Below, piece by piece: positions 8,699 through 17,391 of a DNA stretch of 48,785 nt (its first letter is position 1; each line of letters opens with the position of its first letter). This DNA is from an uncultured Candidatus Saccharibacteria bacterium (lineage in GTDB: Bacteria; Patescibacteriota; UBA1384; XYA2-FULL-43-10; 1-14-0-10-43-13), in the NCBI GenBank assembly GCA_964406145.1, contig CAYOQP010000003.1, positions 29,663 to 78,447 on the forward strand, given 5' to 3'. The notes beneath the pieces are model-generated. The model was not told where the DNA came from. It worked only from the letters and a program-made list of their open reading frames with translations, and ran no database searches. Both the position numbers and the translations under genes were made by a program.

Positions 8699-8706
8699 GA
8701 TACAAT
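8678..8706 (+). promoter_or_regulatory. Sigma70-like promoter candidate TTGACA-17 nt-TACAAT
   Basis: TTGACA at 8678..8683, a 17-nt spacer, then TACAAT at 8701..8706. It is embedded in the hairpin above and lies 30 nt upstream of the small ORF at 8736. Confidence 0.4.
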
Positions 8707-8735
8707 AACTTAATTTATTAATAATAAATACAAAA

Positions 8736-8906
8736 ATGAAAACAAAAATTCAAGTCAAAAGAATAGAAGACCCTGACACCGAGGTCTCTATTAATTCTCC
8801 TGAGCACCTCATCTCTGAAATCAAAAAAGAAATTAGCGATTGTACTACAATTGAAAAAGAACTAGCTCAAGCCGAAGTCATAGAGATGTGCGGAAATGAT
8901 AGTTAA
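8736..8906 (+). CDS. Small acidic hypothetical protein (56 aa), below the ORF-track cutoff
   Basis: ATG at 8736, TAA at 8904..8906. Translation: MKTKIQVKRIEDPDTEVSINSPEHLISEIKKEISDCTTIEKELAQAEVIEMCGNDS. A promoter candidate lies upstream, but there is no recognisable family and no clear SD. Confidence 0.3.
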   Translation: MKTKIQVKRIEDPDTEVSINSPEHLISEIKKEISDCTTIEKELAQAEVIEMCGNDS

Positions 8907-8914
8907 AAGTTTTA

Positions 8915-8937
8915 AAGTGGAAAGTATTAAAGCTGAT
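8915..8937. repeat. Left arm of an imperfect inverted repeat bracketing the four-helix-bundle gene
   Basis: The plus strand reads AAGTGGAAAGTATTAAAGCTGAT. The partner is the reverse complement of 9305..9333. Confidence 0.6.
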
Positions 8938-9288
8938 TTACTGCTTCAGAGACTTAATAAGACCTGATAGCATTTTCGATATCTCTTCGGACTTGGAATA
9001 GATTGATTCAAACTGTTCTTTTTTTATATATTCCCTGTCAACCGCCAGATATAACATTGACCGCAATTCGCCACACGATCCCTTCGAAATATTAAGAAAA
9101 TTTATCAGTTCTTTATTACTTCTGCGTTCGAATCCCTCGGCGACATTGTTCATAATTGAAATAGCACATCTTTTTATTTGATCACAGAAGCTAAAATCTC
9201 TGCAATTTACAAGCAGATTATATGTTTGATTTACCAGATCACGTGATTTCTGCCAGACTAATAGTTCTTCGAACCTAGTTATCTTCAT
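8938..9288 (-). CDS. Four-helix-bundle protein (23S rRNA intervening-sequence protein family)
   Basis: ITRFEELLVWQKSRDLVNQTYNL, ISIMNNVAEGFERRSNKELINFLNISKGSCGELRSMLYLA is the characteristic pattern of this family. The likely start is MKITRFEEL at 9288; the track ORF extends to 9324. Confidence 0.75.
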   Translation of the reverse strand: MKITRFEELLVWQKSRDLVNQTYNLLVNCRDFSFCDQIKRCAISIMNNVAEGFERRSNKELINFLNISKGSCGELRSMLYLAVDREYIKKEQFESIYSKSEEISKMLSGLIKSLKQ

Positions 9289-10297
9289 CTCTATCGCCTT
9301 CTTTATCAGCTTTCCACTTTCCACTTTCCACTTGTGACTCTTCGCTGTCTAGCGATTTGCCATGGAATTTTTGGTGAATATCTCTCAGATGTTGATCTGT
9401 CACATGAGTGTAAACCTGAGTAGTAGTAATGGAAGAATGTCCCAGCATTGACTGGACACTCCTGATATCAGCGCCGGCGATTAATAAATCGGTTGCAAAC
9501 GAATGTCTCAAAGTATGTGGTGAGACTTTTTTGGTTATTCCTGCTAGATTAGCACACTTCTTAACCATTCTTTCGATCGATCTAGCTGTCAGTCTTCCGC
9601 CGCGATTTGAGACAAAAAGTGGTATGTCTTGATAGTCCTGCAGAGAAGTAAGATTATAGGATCTGCTTTTAAGATATTGTGAGAGTAGTTCTTTAGCTGT
9701 GTCAGAGAGAAATACAACTCTAACTTTCTTGCCTTTGCCCAAAACCGAGATCTCACCGCGATCAAGATTGATTTTAGCAACATTTAGACTCACCAACTCC
9801 GAAACTCTCATGCCAGTTGAAAAAAGTGTCTCAAGTATTGCCTTATCCCTGAGACCCAAAGCACTATCATCTGGAATATCAATAATATTCTTAACTTCAT
9901 CCGATTCCAGAAAATTAATCTCCCTATCTTGTGCTCTGGCAACGGGGATTTTCTCCGGCGATAAACTCGATATACCTCTCCAAGCAAGGTATCTAAGAAA
10001 AGCGCGAAGAGCCAGCATATGGTAATTCTGAGTGACACGCTTCAACTCATTCCCCTCTCTATCCTTGAGACGATTAATATGAAGACGATATTCTCGGACT
10101 ACTTCTGGTGTAATATCTGAGGCCTGAATACTTTCCTTGGTTGTTTCCTCAGATCTATTAGCTTCTTTTTTTTGTTCGTCCAGAAAAACGAAGAAACGAT
10201 CTAGATATCTGCTATATGAATTGATTGTTAAAACCGATTGACCCTTTTCTAGCTCACAGTGTTCTAAAAATTCTCTTTTTAATTTAAAGAGATCCAT
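9275..10297 (-). CDS. Tyrosine recombinase, XerC/XerD family
   Basis: N-terminal SAM-like domain (FLEHCELEKGQSVLTINSYSRYL). The catalytic set is present: GMRVSEL (Arg), HTLRHSFAT (His-x-x-Arg), LGHSS, and VYTHV (Tyr). The C-terminal ~25 aa (SEESQVESGKWKADKEGDRDEDN) run into the inverted repeat and the four-helix-bundle gene. Confidence 0.85.
   Translation of the reverse strand: MDLFKLKREFLEHCELEKGQSVLTINSYSRYLDRFFVFLDEQKKEANRSEETTKESIQASDITPEVVREYRLHINRLKDREGNELKRVTQNYHMLALRAFLRYLAWRGISSLSPEKIPVARAQDREINFLESDEVKNIIDIPDDSALGLRDKAILETLFSTGMRVSELVSLNVAKINLDRGEISVLGKGKKVRVVFLSDTAKELLSQYLKSRSYNLTSLQDYQDIPLFVSNRGGRLTARSIERMVKKCANLAGITKKVSPHTLRHSFATDLLIAGADIRSVQSMLGHSSITTTQVYTHVTDQHLRDIHQKFHGKSLDSEESQVESGKWKADKEGDRDEDN
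9305..9333. repeat. Right arm of the inverted repeat; contains TTTCCAC x3 tandem heptamer
   Basis: The plus strand reads ATCAGCTTTCCACTTTCCACTTTCCACTT. Its reverse complement, AAGTGGAAAGTGGAAAGTGGAAAGCTGAT, matches 8915..8937 at both ends (AAGTGGAAAGT and AAAGCTGAT). Confidence 0.6.
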
Positions 10298-10298
10298 A

Positions 10299-10853
10299 TT
10301 ATTCCCACTTACTCTGTGATTTCGAGACTACTTTATAAGCAATATAGCCGGACAATATACCGATAAATGCTCCGGCGATAGTATCCGATGGATAATGAAG
10401 ACCGGCCCCGATACGGCCAAGGCCGACCAATGTTGCTAGAATAAATAATATGATTCCAAGTTTGCGGTGGCCATAAAGAAAAACCGAGGTAGCAATAGCG
10501 AAAGCAACGTAAGTGTGAACCGAAGGAAAAGATACTCGGCTGACTCTCAAGCCATCGATTATTGGAGTAATGATCTCTTGAGAGTGAGAGACAAATGGAC
10601 GCTGACGTTGCCAGAAAAGCATAATGAAAAAGTCAAAGAAAACAGCGGTGGCCATTGCCGTGGCGGCACAGATCAAAGCATTAATGCGACGCTTCAAAAT
10701 CAGATAAATAGAAGATGAAATAATAAGAATGATGCCATATTTGGCGCAGAACAAATAAAAGCCATTTAAATATGGATGATCATGAATTGCTCCGTGAATC
10801 GCGAGATAAAAGTCAAAATCGTAAAATCTTATTTTGTTTAATAAATTCTCCAT
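10299..10853 (-). CDS. PAP2-family lipid phosphatase (type-2 undecaprenyl-diphosphatase-like)
   Basis: PAP2 motifs: RQRPF, FPSVHT and GRIGAGLHYPSDTIAGA. The protein is a polytopic membrane protein. Confidence 0.75.
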   Translation of the reverse strand: MENLLNKIRFYDFDFYLAIHGAIHDHPYLNGFYLFCAKYGIILIISSSIYLILKRRINALICAATAMATAVFFDFFIMLFWQRQRPFVSHSQEIITPIIDGLRVSRVSFPSVHTYVAFAIATSVFLYGHRKLGIILFILATLVGLGRIGAGLHYPSDTIAGAFIGILSGYIAYKVVSKSQSKWE

Positions 10854-10930
10854 GAATCTATTTTACAACGCAATCATGATTTCTGGAATGGCATCGAGCA
10901 TTAATAATACTAGCTAGATCAGTATTTTCT

Positions 10931-10939
10931 TGCTAAAAT
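10931..10939 (+). promoter_or_regulatory. Extended -10 element TGCTAAAAT placed 6 nt before the uppP ATG (leaderless-type arrangement)
   Basis: TGCTAAAAT lies at 10931..10939 and the ATG at 10946, with no SD. It is identical to the element at 6348..6356. Confidence 0.4.
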
Positions 10940-10945
10940 TTCTTT

Positions 10946-11737
10946 ATGGAAATATTTCAATCAGTTTTTATTGGTCTTGTGCAGGGAATCACTGAATTTT
11001 TGCCCATTTCTTCGTCTGCTCATCTGGTCATAATCCCATACATAATGAATTGGCCCTATCAGGGTCTTACTTTTGATGTTTCACTCCATCTGGGCACAGT
11101 CTTAGCCATTCTTCTTTTTTTCTGGCGAGACTGGATTTCGATTATTAAAAATGGATTAAGCAAGAACACTACTCAGAGCGATTACCCAAAAAACTTTCTC
11201 TGGCAGATTGTTTTGGCCAGCATACCAGCGGCGATAGTTGGATTTTTGATCCAGGATAAAGTTGAAGAGTATTTTCACGAACCCCTTTTGATCGCAGTTA
11301 ATATGGCTATCTTTGGTTTGATTCTTTTCTTGGTTGACAAATATTCCAAAAATACCTTGATGATACAAGAGGCCGGCATTGGCAGAACCCTCATTGTTGG
11401 TCTGGCTCAATGTCTCGCTTTGATCCCAGGTGTTTCCAGATCTGGCATCACCATTATTGCTTCACGCGGAATTGGGCTTAATCGTGAAAATGCTGCTCGA
11501 TTCTCCTTCCTTTTAGGAACTCCGGCAATGGTTGGGGCTTTTGTGCTAAAAATAAAAGACGTTGATCCAACCACCCTCGATTTCACATTTTGGATAGGCG
11601 TGCTTGTTTCTGCTATATCTGGCTATCTTGCAATCAAATTTCTCATCTCTTTCTTACAGAAAAGCAATTTCTCTTTGTTTGTCGGCTATAGAATGTTATT
11701 CGCTATAATAGTAATTTTTGTTTATCTACTGAGATGA
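10946..11737 (+). CDS. uppP: Undecaprenyl-diphosphate phosphatase UppP (BacA)
   Basis: GLVQGITEFLPISSSAHL and IPGVSRSGITIIA are the two signature BacA motifs. 263 aa, polytopic. Confidence 0.9.
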   Translation: MEIFQSVFIGLVQGITEFLPISSSAHLVIIPYIMNWPYQGLTFDVSLHLGTVLAILLFFWRDWISIIKNGLSKNTTQSDYPKNFLWQIVLASIPAAIVGFLIQDKVEEYFHEPLLIAVNMAIFGLILFLVDKYSKNTLMIQEAGIGRTLIVGLAQCLALIPGVSRSGITIIASRGIGLNRENAARFSFLLGTPAMVGAFVLKIKDVDPTTLDFTFWIGVLVSAISGYLAIKFLISFLQKSNFSLFVGYRMLFAIIVIFVYLLR

Positions 11738-12387
11738 TGAAGGATTATAAGAACGCGTCGGCCAAATCAAAAGCTCCCTCCGGAAACTCTTGGATTGTTT
11801 TGATCAAATATCTTTTAGTAATTATCTTGACTATTTTGATTATTGATTTATTACTAAAGCCGCTTCGAAGTAATTGGTCTGATGACTATCTTGCGAAGGG
11901 AGATATTTATCTTGAACAGAAGAAATATCTCAGCGCCGAAATTCAATATAGGAAAGCACTTTTGCTTAAAAAGCAAAATGCCAGCGCAAAAAAACACTTA
12001 GATCTGGCTCAAAAAGCCCAAAGTAACGTTTGGGTTTTGAAGGATTTTTTTACCGAAAGAAAGATTGATTCGGAGATATTAAAATTTGAAAAAGCTGGAC
12101 AAGATTTTAAGACACCGTTTGAAGCAACTAAAACATCAAGAGATCTACTTCAACTCGGCGAATATCAATTAGCCGAGATTCCAGCCGAATCCGCAACAGA
12201 AATTAATAGCGAATACAAAGATGGCTGGATTTATTTGGGTCTAAGCAGATATTTATCCTCGAAAAACATTGAGGCGACAGATGAGGTCAAAAAAACAGAG
12301 TTATCTGAAGCTAAGACTGCTTTTGAAAAAGCCTTGGCAATAGATCCTGATGATGAAACCGCCAAAAAGTACTTGGACGAATTATAG
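11734..12387 (+). CDS. Membrane-anchored TPR-like hypothetical protein
   Basis: One N-terminal TM helix (WIVLIKYLLVIILTILIIDLLL). The helical repeats YLEQKKYLSAEIQYRKALLL and AKTAFEKALAIDPDDETAKKYL are TPR-like. Its start overlaps the uppP stop. Confidence 0.55.
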   Translation: MMKDYKNASAKSKAPSGNSWIVLIKYLLVIILTILIIDLLLKPLRSNWSDDYLAKGDIYLEQKKYLSAEIQYRKALLLKKQNASAKKHLDLAQKAQSNVWVLKDFFTERKIDSEILKFEKAGQDFKTPFEATKTSRDLLQLGEYQLAEIPAESATEINSEYKDGWIYLGLSRYLSSKNIEATDEVKKTELSEAKTAFEKALAIDPDDETAKKYLDEL

Positions 12388-12391
12388 ATTT

Positions 12392-12419
12392 TTGATTTTT
12401 TCTGGTTTTGATATACAAT
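12392..12419 (+). promoter_or_regulatory. Promoter candidate TTGATT-16 nt-TACAAT ahead of the T4SS-like block
   Basis: TTGATT lies at 12392..12397 and TACAAT at 12414..12419. They are followed by GGAGGGG (12450..12456) and the ATG at 12458. Confidence 0.3.
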
Positions 12420-12457
12420 TGTTTTAAGTAGAGTTTCTCAAATTTCTATGGAGGGGT

Positions 12458-14398
12458 ATGAAAAAATATATAACTTGGCTCCTACTCTTTGGGCTATTTT
12501 TAACTTTTTTCCCGACTGAAAAGATAATGTCGGCAGAGCTTCCAACTCCCGTAAATGTAGGTGTTGATGCGGAAAATGGAACTTGGGAGTGGCAATTCAA
12601 CGATACGAATGGTGAATGGCAGGTCGAGAATATTGTCAAATACAAAGATAGTGCTGGCAAAATAAGTACTATAAAGGCTATCTGGTCTCAAGACACCACT
12701 CCAACATATTCAATCTATCTAAGAGATGAAACTGTCGACAAAAGAGGTGAAGGTGGAAGATATTTTCTACACCTCGATAAAATTTATGTCGACGGCACGG
12801 AACAGGCTGAGAAGCCTGATGGGATTTATGTTTTTATAAATCCTGGAGCAAATCCTAAGGGTCAGTATTTTACTGATTCGTTTAATTATGTCACTTTTGC
12901 GGCAAACGGCGAAAATAAAACAATAGGCGGCGTCTACAAATTATTAGCGATGGGATCGATATCAAGATTCCAAACAACAGACCCAAATGACACTGATGAT
13001 ACTGGCAGTAAGTACTATTGCCCGACCTCAACTGATGCTTCAAAACAACAGATACAATTGGGGTACGACACAAAAATAGTTGCTGTTCCTGATACTGGCG
13101 GATCCTACAAAATCAATGCAAGGGTTGCAGACATGTGGAATAACTTCTGGGGCAATAGCGAGGCCTTGTATACTAACACTGCGGGAGCAATGTGTTTCGA
13201 TGATATTGCCGGAGGTAGTGGCGATATAATGGACGGAGATAGAAATGTCTCTGGAACTATGGCTGGACTCTATGTGCGAGGTACCGGAGGAAAGCTCGGA
13301 GGCATTGCCAAAAACGGGAGTCCAAAAAGAGTTACGGTTCCTGTTATAACGGACGCCGCAAAGGCAGCTTGTGCTAGCAAATACATAGACCCAATTAGCG
13401 CGGCGAGTCAATTTGAAACCAAATTACCAGAGTTACTTGTCGACGTAATCAATGAGGTTGATCCGACAACCGTAGCAAAAAAAGCAGAAAACATTGCAAC
13501 ACTTGCTGATTATTACAAGAAAATGTTTAACGGTGATCCCGATGGAACATTCACGGCCGGACCAGATAAAGTTGGCCTACACTCACACTATTTTGGTGAC
13601 CTCGGCGCACAAAAATACTCCAGCGCTGTTTTGACAGATAAGATGACGGCAAACATAAGGAATGAGATGACGATGGCCAAAATAAACGACTGGTCAGATG
13701 TTCCACCCAATTTTTTTGAAAAAATGTTCTCGGCTCTTGGCAAAAAAGCAGGCGAAAATCCTGGCGCAACCGTAGTAAGTCTGGTGATTTTAGGTCAGGT
13801 TGCCTCAAGATATGGCCTACAGTTATTAAAAGTTGTTGGACAGGCCGCAATTGCCAATCCTATAGGTGCTTTGGCGTTCCTGGTTTTGGCTTCTTCTATA
13901 GTAATCGCTTGGAATGGTGTTCAAGCCTTTCAAAGCTATTGGAACGATCAGTATCGTTCATTTGCCCTATATTCACTCTTCGTCTGGTATCTGAGTAGTC
14001 TTAATGCAGAGTACAAGGGCTGTATCGTCGAAAAAGGCGGCCTAGAAGCAAATCTAGCGGCCAAGACTGGGTTTTCCCAAAAAGCCCTTGATCTTCAGCT
14101 CAAAAATACCCACTTAGTTAAGCATGTCGCCGGAGAAGCAAACAACGACATTGTCAACAGTATGCCGGACCTAGACGAATGCGGCTGTCCCAAAAATAGC
14201 CTGTCAATTGCGGGCTTTAATATAGTCGGTTTATTCACCTGCGTTATTTGTTCTGTCTTTAAACTCCTATATGAAGGAGTCGAAAAAGCTACAGACTTTT
14301 TTCAAAAACAAGCGATGAAAGTAGTACGGCTTGTTCCTTCTCGGATCTCGAGTCGGAATATCGATATCGGTCCACCATATTTAATTAGAGCGGGTTAA
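12458..14398 (+). CDS. Secreted/membrane-anchored hypothetical protein: signal peptide, ~440-aa ectodomain, C-terminal multi-TM region; first gene of the T4SS-like block
   Basis: Strong SD. Signal-like MKKYITWLLLFGLFLTFFPTEKIMSA. C-terminal hydrophobic helices include IANPIGALAFLVLASSIVIAW, FALYSLFVWYLSSL and IAGFNIVGLFTCVICSVFKLL. The stop overlaps the next start (TAATG at 14396..14400). Confidence 0.65.
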   Translation: MKKYITWLLLFGLFLTFFPTEKIMSAELPTPVNVGVDAENGTWEWQFNDTNGEWQVENIVKYKDSAGKISTIKAIWSQDTTPTYSIYLRDETVDKRGEGGRYFLHLDKIYVDGTEQAEKPDGIYVFINPGANPKGQYFTDSFNYVTFAANGENKTIGGVYKLLAMGSISRFQTTDPNDTDDTGSKYYCPTSTDASKQQIQLGYDTKIVAVPDTGGSYKINARVADMWNNFWGNSEALYTNTAGAMCFDDIAGGSGDIMDGDRNVSGTMAGLYVRGTGGKLGGIAKNGSPKRVTVPVITDAAKAACASKYIDPISAASQFETKLPELLVDVINEVDPTTVAKKAENIATLADYYKKMFNGDPDGTFTAGPDKVGLHSHYFGDLGAQKYSSAVLTDKMTANIRNEMTMAKINDWSDVPPNFFEKMFSALGKKAGENPGATVVSLVILGQVASRYGLQLLKVVGQAAIANPIGALAFLVLASSIVIAWNGVQAFQSYWNDQYRSFALYSLFVWYLSSLNAEYKGCIVEKGGLEANLAAKTGFSQKALDLQLKNTHLVKHVAGEANNDIVNSMPDLDECGCPKNSLSIAGFNIVGLFTCVICSVFKLLYEGVEKATDFFQKQAMKVVRLVPSRISSRNIDIGPPYLIRAG

Positions 14399-17391
14399 TG
14401 GCAAAAAAAAGTCGTTTAAAAAATATGCGCTTTTGGGCGGTATCAGCCATTTCGCTGATGGTTTTTTGTTTTCTTTTCCTGACTTTTGCTCCATCAGCTA
14501 GTGCCGGTAGTTTCCTCGGTGCCAGACCATTAACAGAGGAACTAAAGGTCTCGAGCTCATTGCACGACCTCTGGAAGTTCTTCATGACAACGGTCAACAG
14601 TCTTATTATTGTTCTTTTAATAGTTGTGGCCTTTGCCGAAATATTAAGAATTAATATCAATACTTACGGGGTCAAAAAGATCCTGCCAACACTGGTACTA
14701 GCTGTCATCGCCGCTAACTTCAGCTGGATCATCTGTCGTCTGATCGTTGATATTTCCTATGTTGCCAGAACTATGTTCACCGATAATGGCGGCCTTTTTG
14801 CTAATGTTTTTCAGGGCGCCAGATGGACTGATAGCCAGGGCTGGACAACTGCAGTGCCAAGATTTATATCAGCAATCATACGACTTATCTACGACATATT
14901 GGTCCTTGTCGCCATTGTCCTGCTTTGGTTGCTGTTCTGGGTCAGGAACTGGGTCATCATGACTCTGGCTATTCTCTCGCCTATTGCCTTCATGGCCATG
15001 GTCTTGCCACAAACAAAATCTCTTTTTACTCGTTGGTGGACAGAGATGCTACGCTGGACATTCATGCCTGTCGTTTCTTATTTTTTCATCTGGCTTGGAG
15101 CGAGATTTCTTCAGTCGCTTTCACCTGATCCTCTTTATGCCATGCTTGTCGCTGGAGTCTGTCTATATGGCGCAATCATTACCCCATTCAAGCTTGGTGG
15201 TGTCGTCATGGCGCCGATCGGTAAGCTAGCCAATATGGGTCTCAAGAAAGGCCAATCAAAGTGGGTAGATCCAGCCATCAAGGAAATGAAGGACGCCTTT
15301 ATGGAAAAATACCTCGGGACTCAGGACGAGGAGGGCGGCTTCAGAGGAGGATGGAAAAAAGGTGGTCTGGGAGGTGCTATAAAAGGAGCGGCTGGCTATA
15401 TGGTCAGACGCGCTGAGAGAGTTAAGTTTCGAAGAAGCGAACAAGCTCGTGCTGTTGAGGGAAAATTGGATTCAGCAGTCCGTGCCGCTTTCGGCGGCAA
15501 ATATGGCCAATTCAACAAAGAGCTAGAGGGTTGGGTCAACAAGTCTGTACCAAAAAGCAAGCGAACCGCTAGCTATGTCGGAGAAGATGGTCAAATACAC
15601 GAAGAGTTATTAACCGGCGCCAAAGCAATCGCTTATCGCACTGATAGCATCAATGGTGACTTTGGCGAAAAAGATTGGATACACAAGAAAAATTTGGGCG
15701 ACTTCTTTGAGGAGACAGAATCCGGCAAACAAGCGATGGATCGTAGCGTCCAATACGCTTTCCGTGTCGGCGCCGAAGATGCTCGTATGAAGGCGCTGAG
15801 AATGGAATCGGAGTTGCTAGCATATCACTATACTCCGGACATGCCCAATCGTTATCATGACAATACCATGTATGGCTATGGCGAGGATGATGATCCAAGA
15901 CGCCATCACTTCTCTCTGATGCAGGCTAGGAAACAGGAGTGGGATGGCAGACTTTTATGGATGGATATGATGAGACAAAAAACCGAGGGAGACGCTCTTA
16001 CAGCAGACATGCAAAACGCCATACCTCTGAATAGATTTGCCAGTAATTTCCAATACTTGAGACAAATGTTGACAGACGATGATGCTCTTCCTGTTGGACA
16101 TGCCGACAAATTAACCGCCGAAGAAAGAGCAGATGCGGCCGAAGCAATGGAACTTCTCAGAGAAGCATACCGCAATATGGCCTCTCATGAGGTTATTACT
16201 GACAATGTCAGAGATGGACGCCTTGTTGGTGGTAATCTGCCAACAGTCCGGGCGATGACAGCCAGAGCAGACGGCACTTTTAGTGATGATATTGAGGACT
16301 GCCAATTGATGCAAACTCTTGCTCACGTTCAAGACGAGAACCTGTATATGTTTGAGGGCAGAGAAGCAAAACGTTGGACTGCTCGAGCCAAGGAAGAGAT
16401 CAGTTCAGAGCAAGGCAAGAGAACTTCAATCCAATCTGGTCAAAAAGGCTGGGATCATAAAAAATATTCTGATACCGCTACAGATGCAACCGCAACAGAA
16501 GAAGACAGAAGGCGCGCCGAAGAAAGACTTCGACAAAATGCCGCTATTTTGAATGGCGATCTAACAGCCATACCCGCTGGCCACCCCCTTGAGGTTGCTA
16601 TTGCTCAGTGGCGCAATCTCTCGACTGCCGCGACTCGACCTGGTGATACTGATTATCGACCAGCTCTTACTCAGTACTTTATTCCAAATGTTGCTTATGC
16701 GGCGCAACAAGCCAATGGCCAGCTAACAAGAGAAATGATGGCTCAAGCCATTAAGATCGGGGTCGAACAAGGGCTCAGTAACTCTAATTTTTCTGGGACC
16801 ATAAAATCTGCTTTTGTTGAGGAAGCTGTAAAAACAAGAAGAGCAGCGGCGGAAGCCAGATCTGCCTTGCCGGCCGGAGCAAGTGAAGATGACAAGAAGG
16901 CACACAAAAAAGAGCTTGACGACCAAGATGAAGCATACAGAAAAGAAATAGCCGCACTGGATGCCAGGGCGCTTCACGAAAGGGTATCGACCGACACAGG
17001 AGGAACATTATCGTTATTGCAGCAGTATCAGAATAAAATGGCAACTGATCTAGGAGCACATATTGATGCTCTTGGCAGTCACGCACAACTTGGTTTTACT
17101 GATGCCGGCCAAGTCACGATAAAAATCAATCAAGAAGGTGCCACGACAGAAGCAGAAAGATCGGCTCTTGTTGGCGCGATGGAGTCAGTCTGGCTTTCTC
17201 TTGCTTCACAAGACCCAAGTGATCGAAACAGAGGAGCATTTTCACGAGGACAGGCAGCAGGCGCCAGCCAAAAGAATGTTCTGGTTAACAATGAACCAGG
17301 AGTCAGAATTATTGAGGGTGCTGATGCGGTTGGGAAAAAAGGAATAGTAGCGAAAGCGAGGAAGCGTGCCAGAGCAGAAGGCGGAGACTAA
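14398..17391 (+). CDS. Polytopic VirB6/TrbL/ConG-like membrane protein with a ~700-aa hydrophilic C-terminal extension
   Basis: Signal-like MRFWAVSAISLMVFCFLFLTFAPSASA. At least 5 helices fall in the first ~290 aa: LIIVLLIVVAFAEIL, LVLAVIAANFSWIICRLIV, ILVLVAIVLLWLLFWVRNWVIMTLAILSPIAFMAMVL, WTFMPVVSYFFIWLGARFL and LYAMLVAGVCLYGAII. A charged, helical region follows. The family call rests on architecture and context only. Confidence 0.5.
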   Translation: MAKKSRLKNMRFWAVSAISLMVFCFLFLTFAPSASAGSFLGARPLTEELKVSSSLHDLWKFFMTTVNSLIIVLLIVVAFAEILRININTYGVKKILPTLVLAVIAANFSWIICRLIVDISYVARTMFTDNGGLFANVFQGARWTDSQGWTTAVPRFISAIIRLIYDILVLVAIVLLWLLFWVRNWVIMTLAILSPIAFMAMVLPQTKSLFTRWWTEMLRWTFMPVVSYFFIWLGARFLQSLSPDPLYAMLVAGVCLYGAIITPFKLGGVVMAPIGKLANMGLKKGQSKWVDPAIKEMKDAFMEKYLGTQDEEGGFRGGWKKGGLGGAIKGAAGYMVRRAERVKFRRSEQARAVEGKLDSAVRAAFGGKYGQFNKELEGWVNKSVPKSKRTASYVGEDGQIHEELLTGAKAIAYRTDSINGDFGEKDWIHKKNLGDFFEETESGKQAMDRSVQYAFRVGAEDARMKALRMESELLAYHYTPDMPNRYHDNTMYGYGEDDDPRRHHFSLMQARKQEWDGRLLWMDMMRQKTEGDALTADMQNAIPLNRFASNFQYLRQMLTDDDALPVGHADKLTAEERADAAEAMELLREAYRNMASHEVITDNVRDGRLVGGNLPTVRAMTARADGTFSDDIEDCQLMQTLAHVQDENLYMFEGREAKRWTARAKEEISSEQGKRTSIQSGQKGWDHKKYSDTATDATATEEDRRRAEERLRQNAAILNGDLTAIPAGHPLEVAIAQWRNLSTAATRPGDTDYRPALTQYFIPNVAYAAQQANGQLTREMMAQAIKIGVEQGLSNSNFSGTIKSAFVEEAVKTRRAAAEARSALPAGASEDDKKAHKKELDDQDEAYRKEIAALDARALHERVSTDTGGTLSLLQQYQNKMATDLGAHIDALGSHAQLGFTDAGQVTIKINQEGATTEAERSALVGAMESVWLSLASQDPSDRNRGAFSRGQAAGASQKNVLVNNEPGVRIIEGADAVGKKGIVAKARKRARAEGGD

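Noticed and set aside
14402-14409. Homopolymer tracts near the 5' ends of block genes (A8 at 14402..14409; G5+A7 at 22675..22687) as phase-variation switches
   Set aside because: A7-A8 runs encoding Lys-Lys are frequent throughout this AT-rich sequence (for example ~17985 and ~27044). Without population data there is no reason to single these out.
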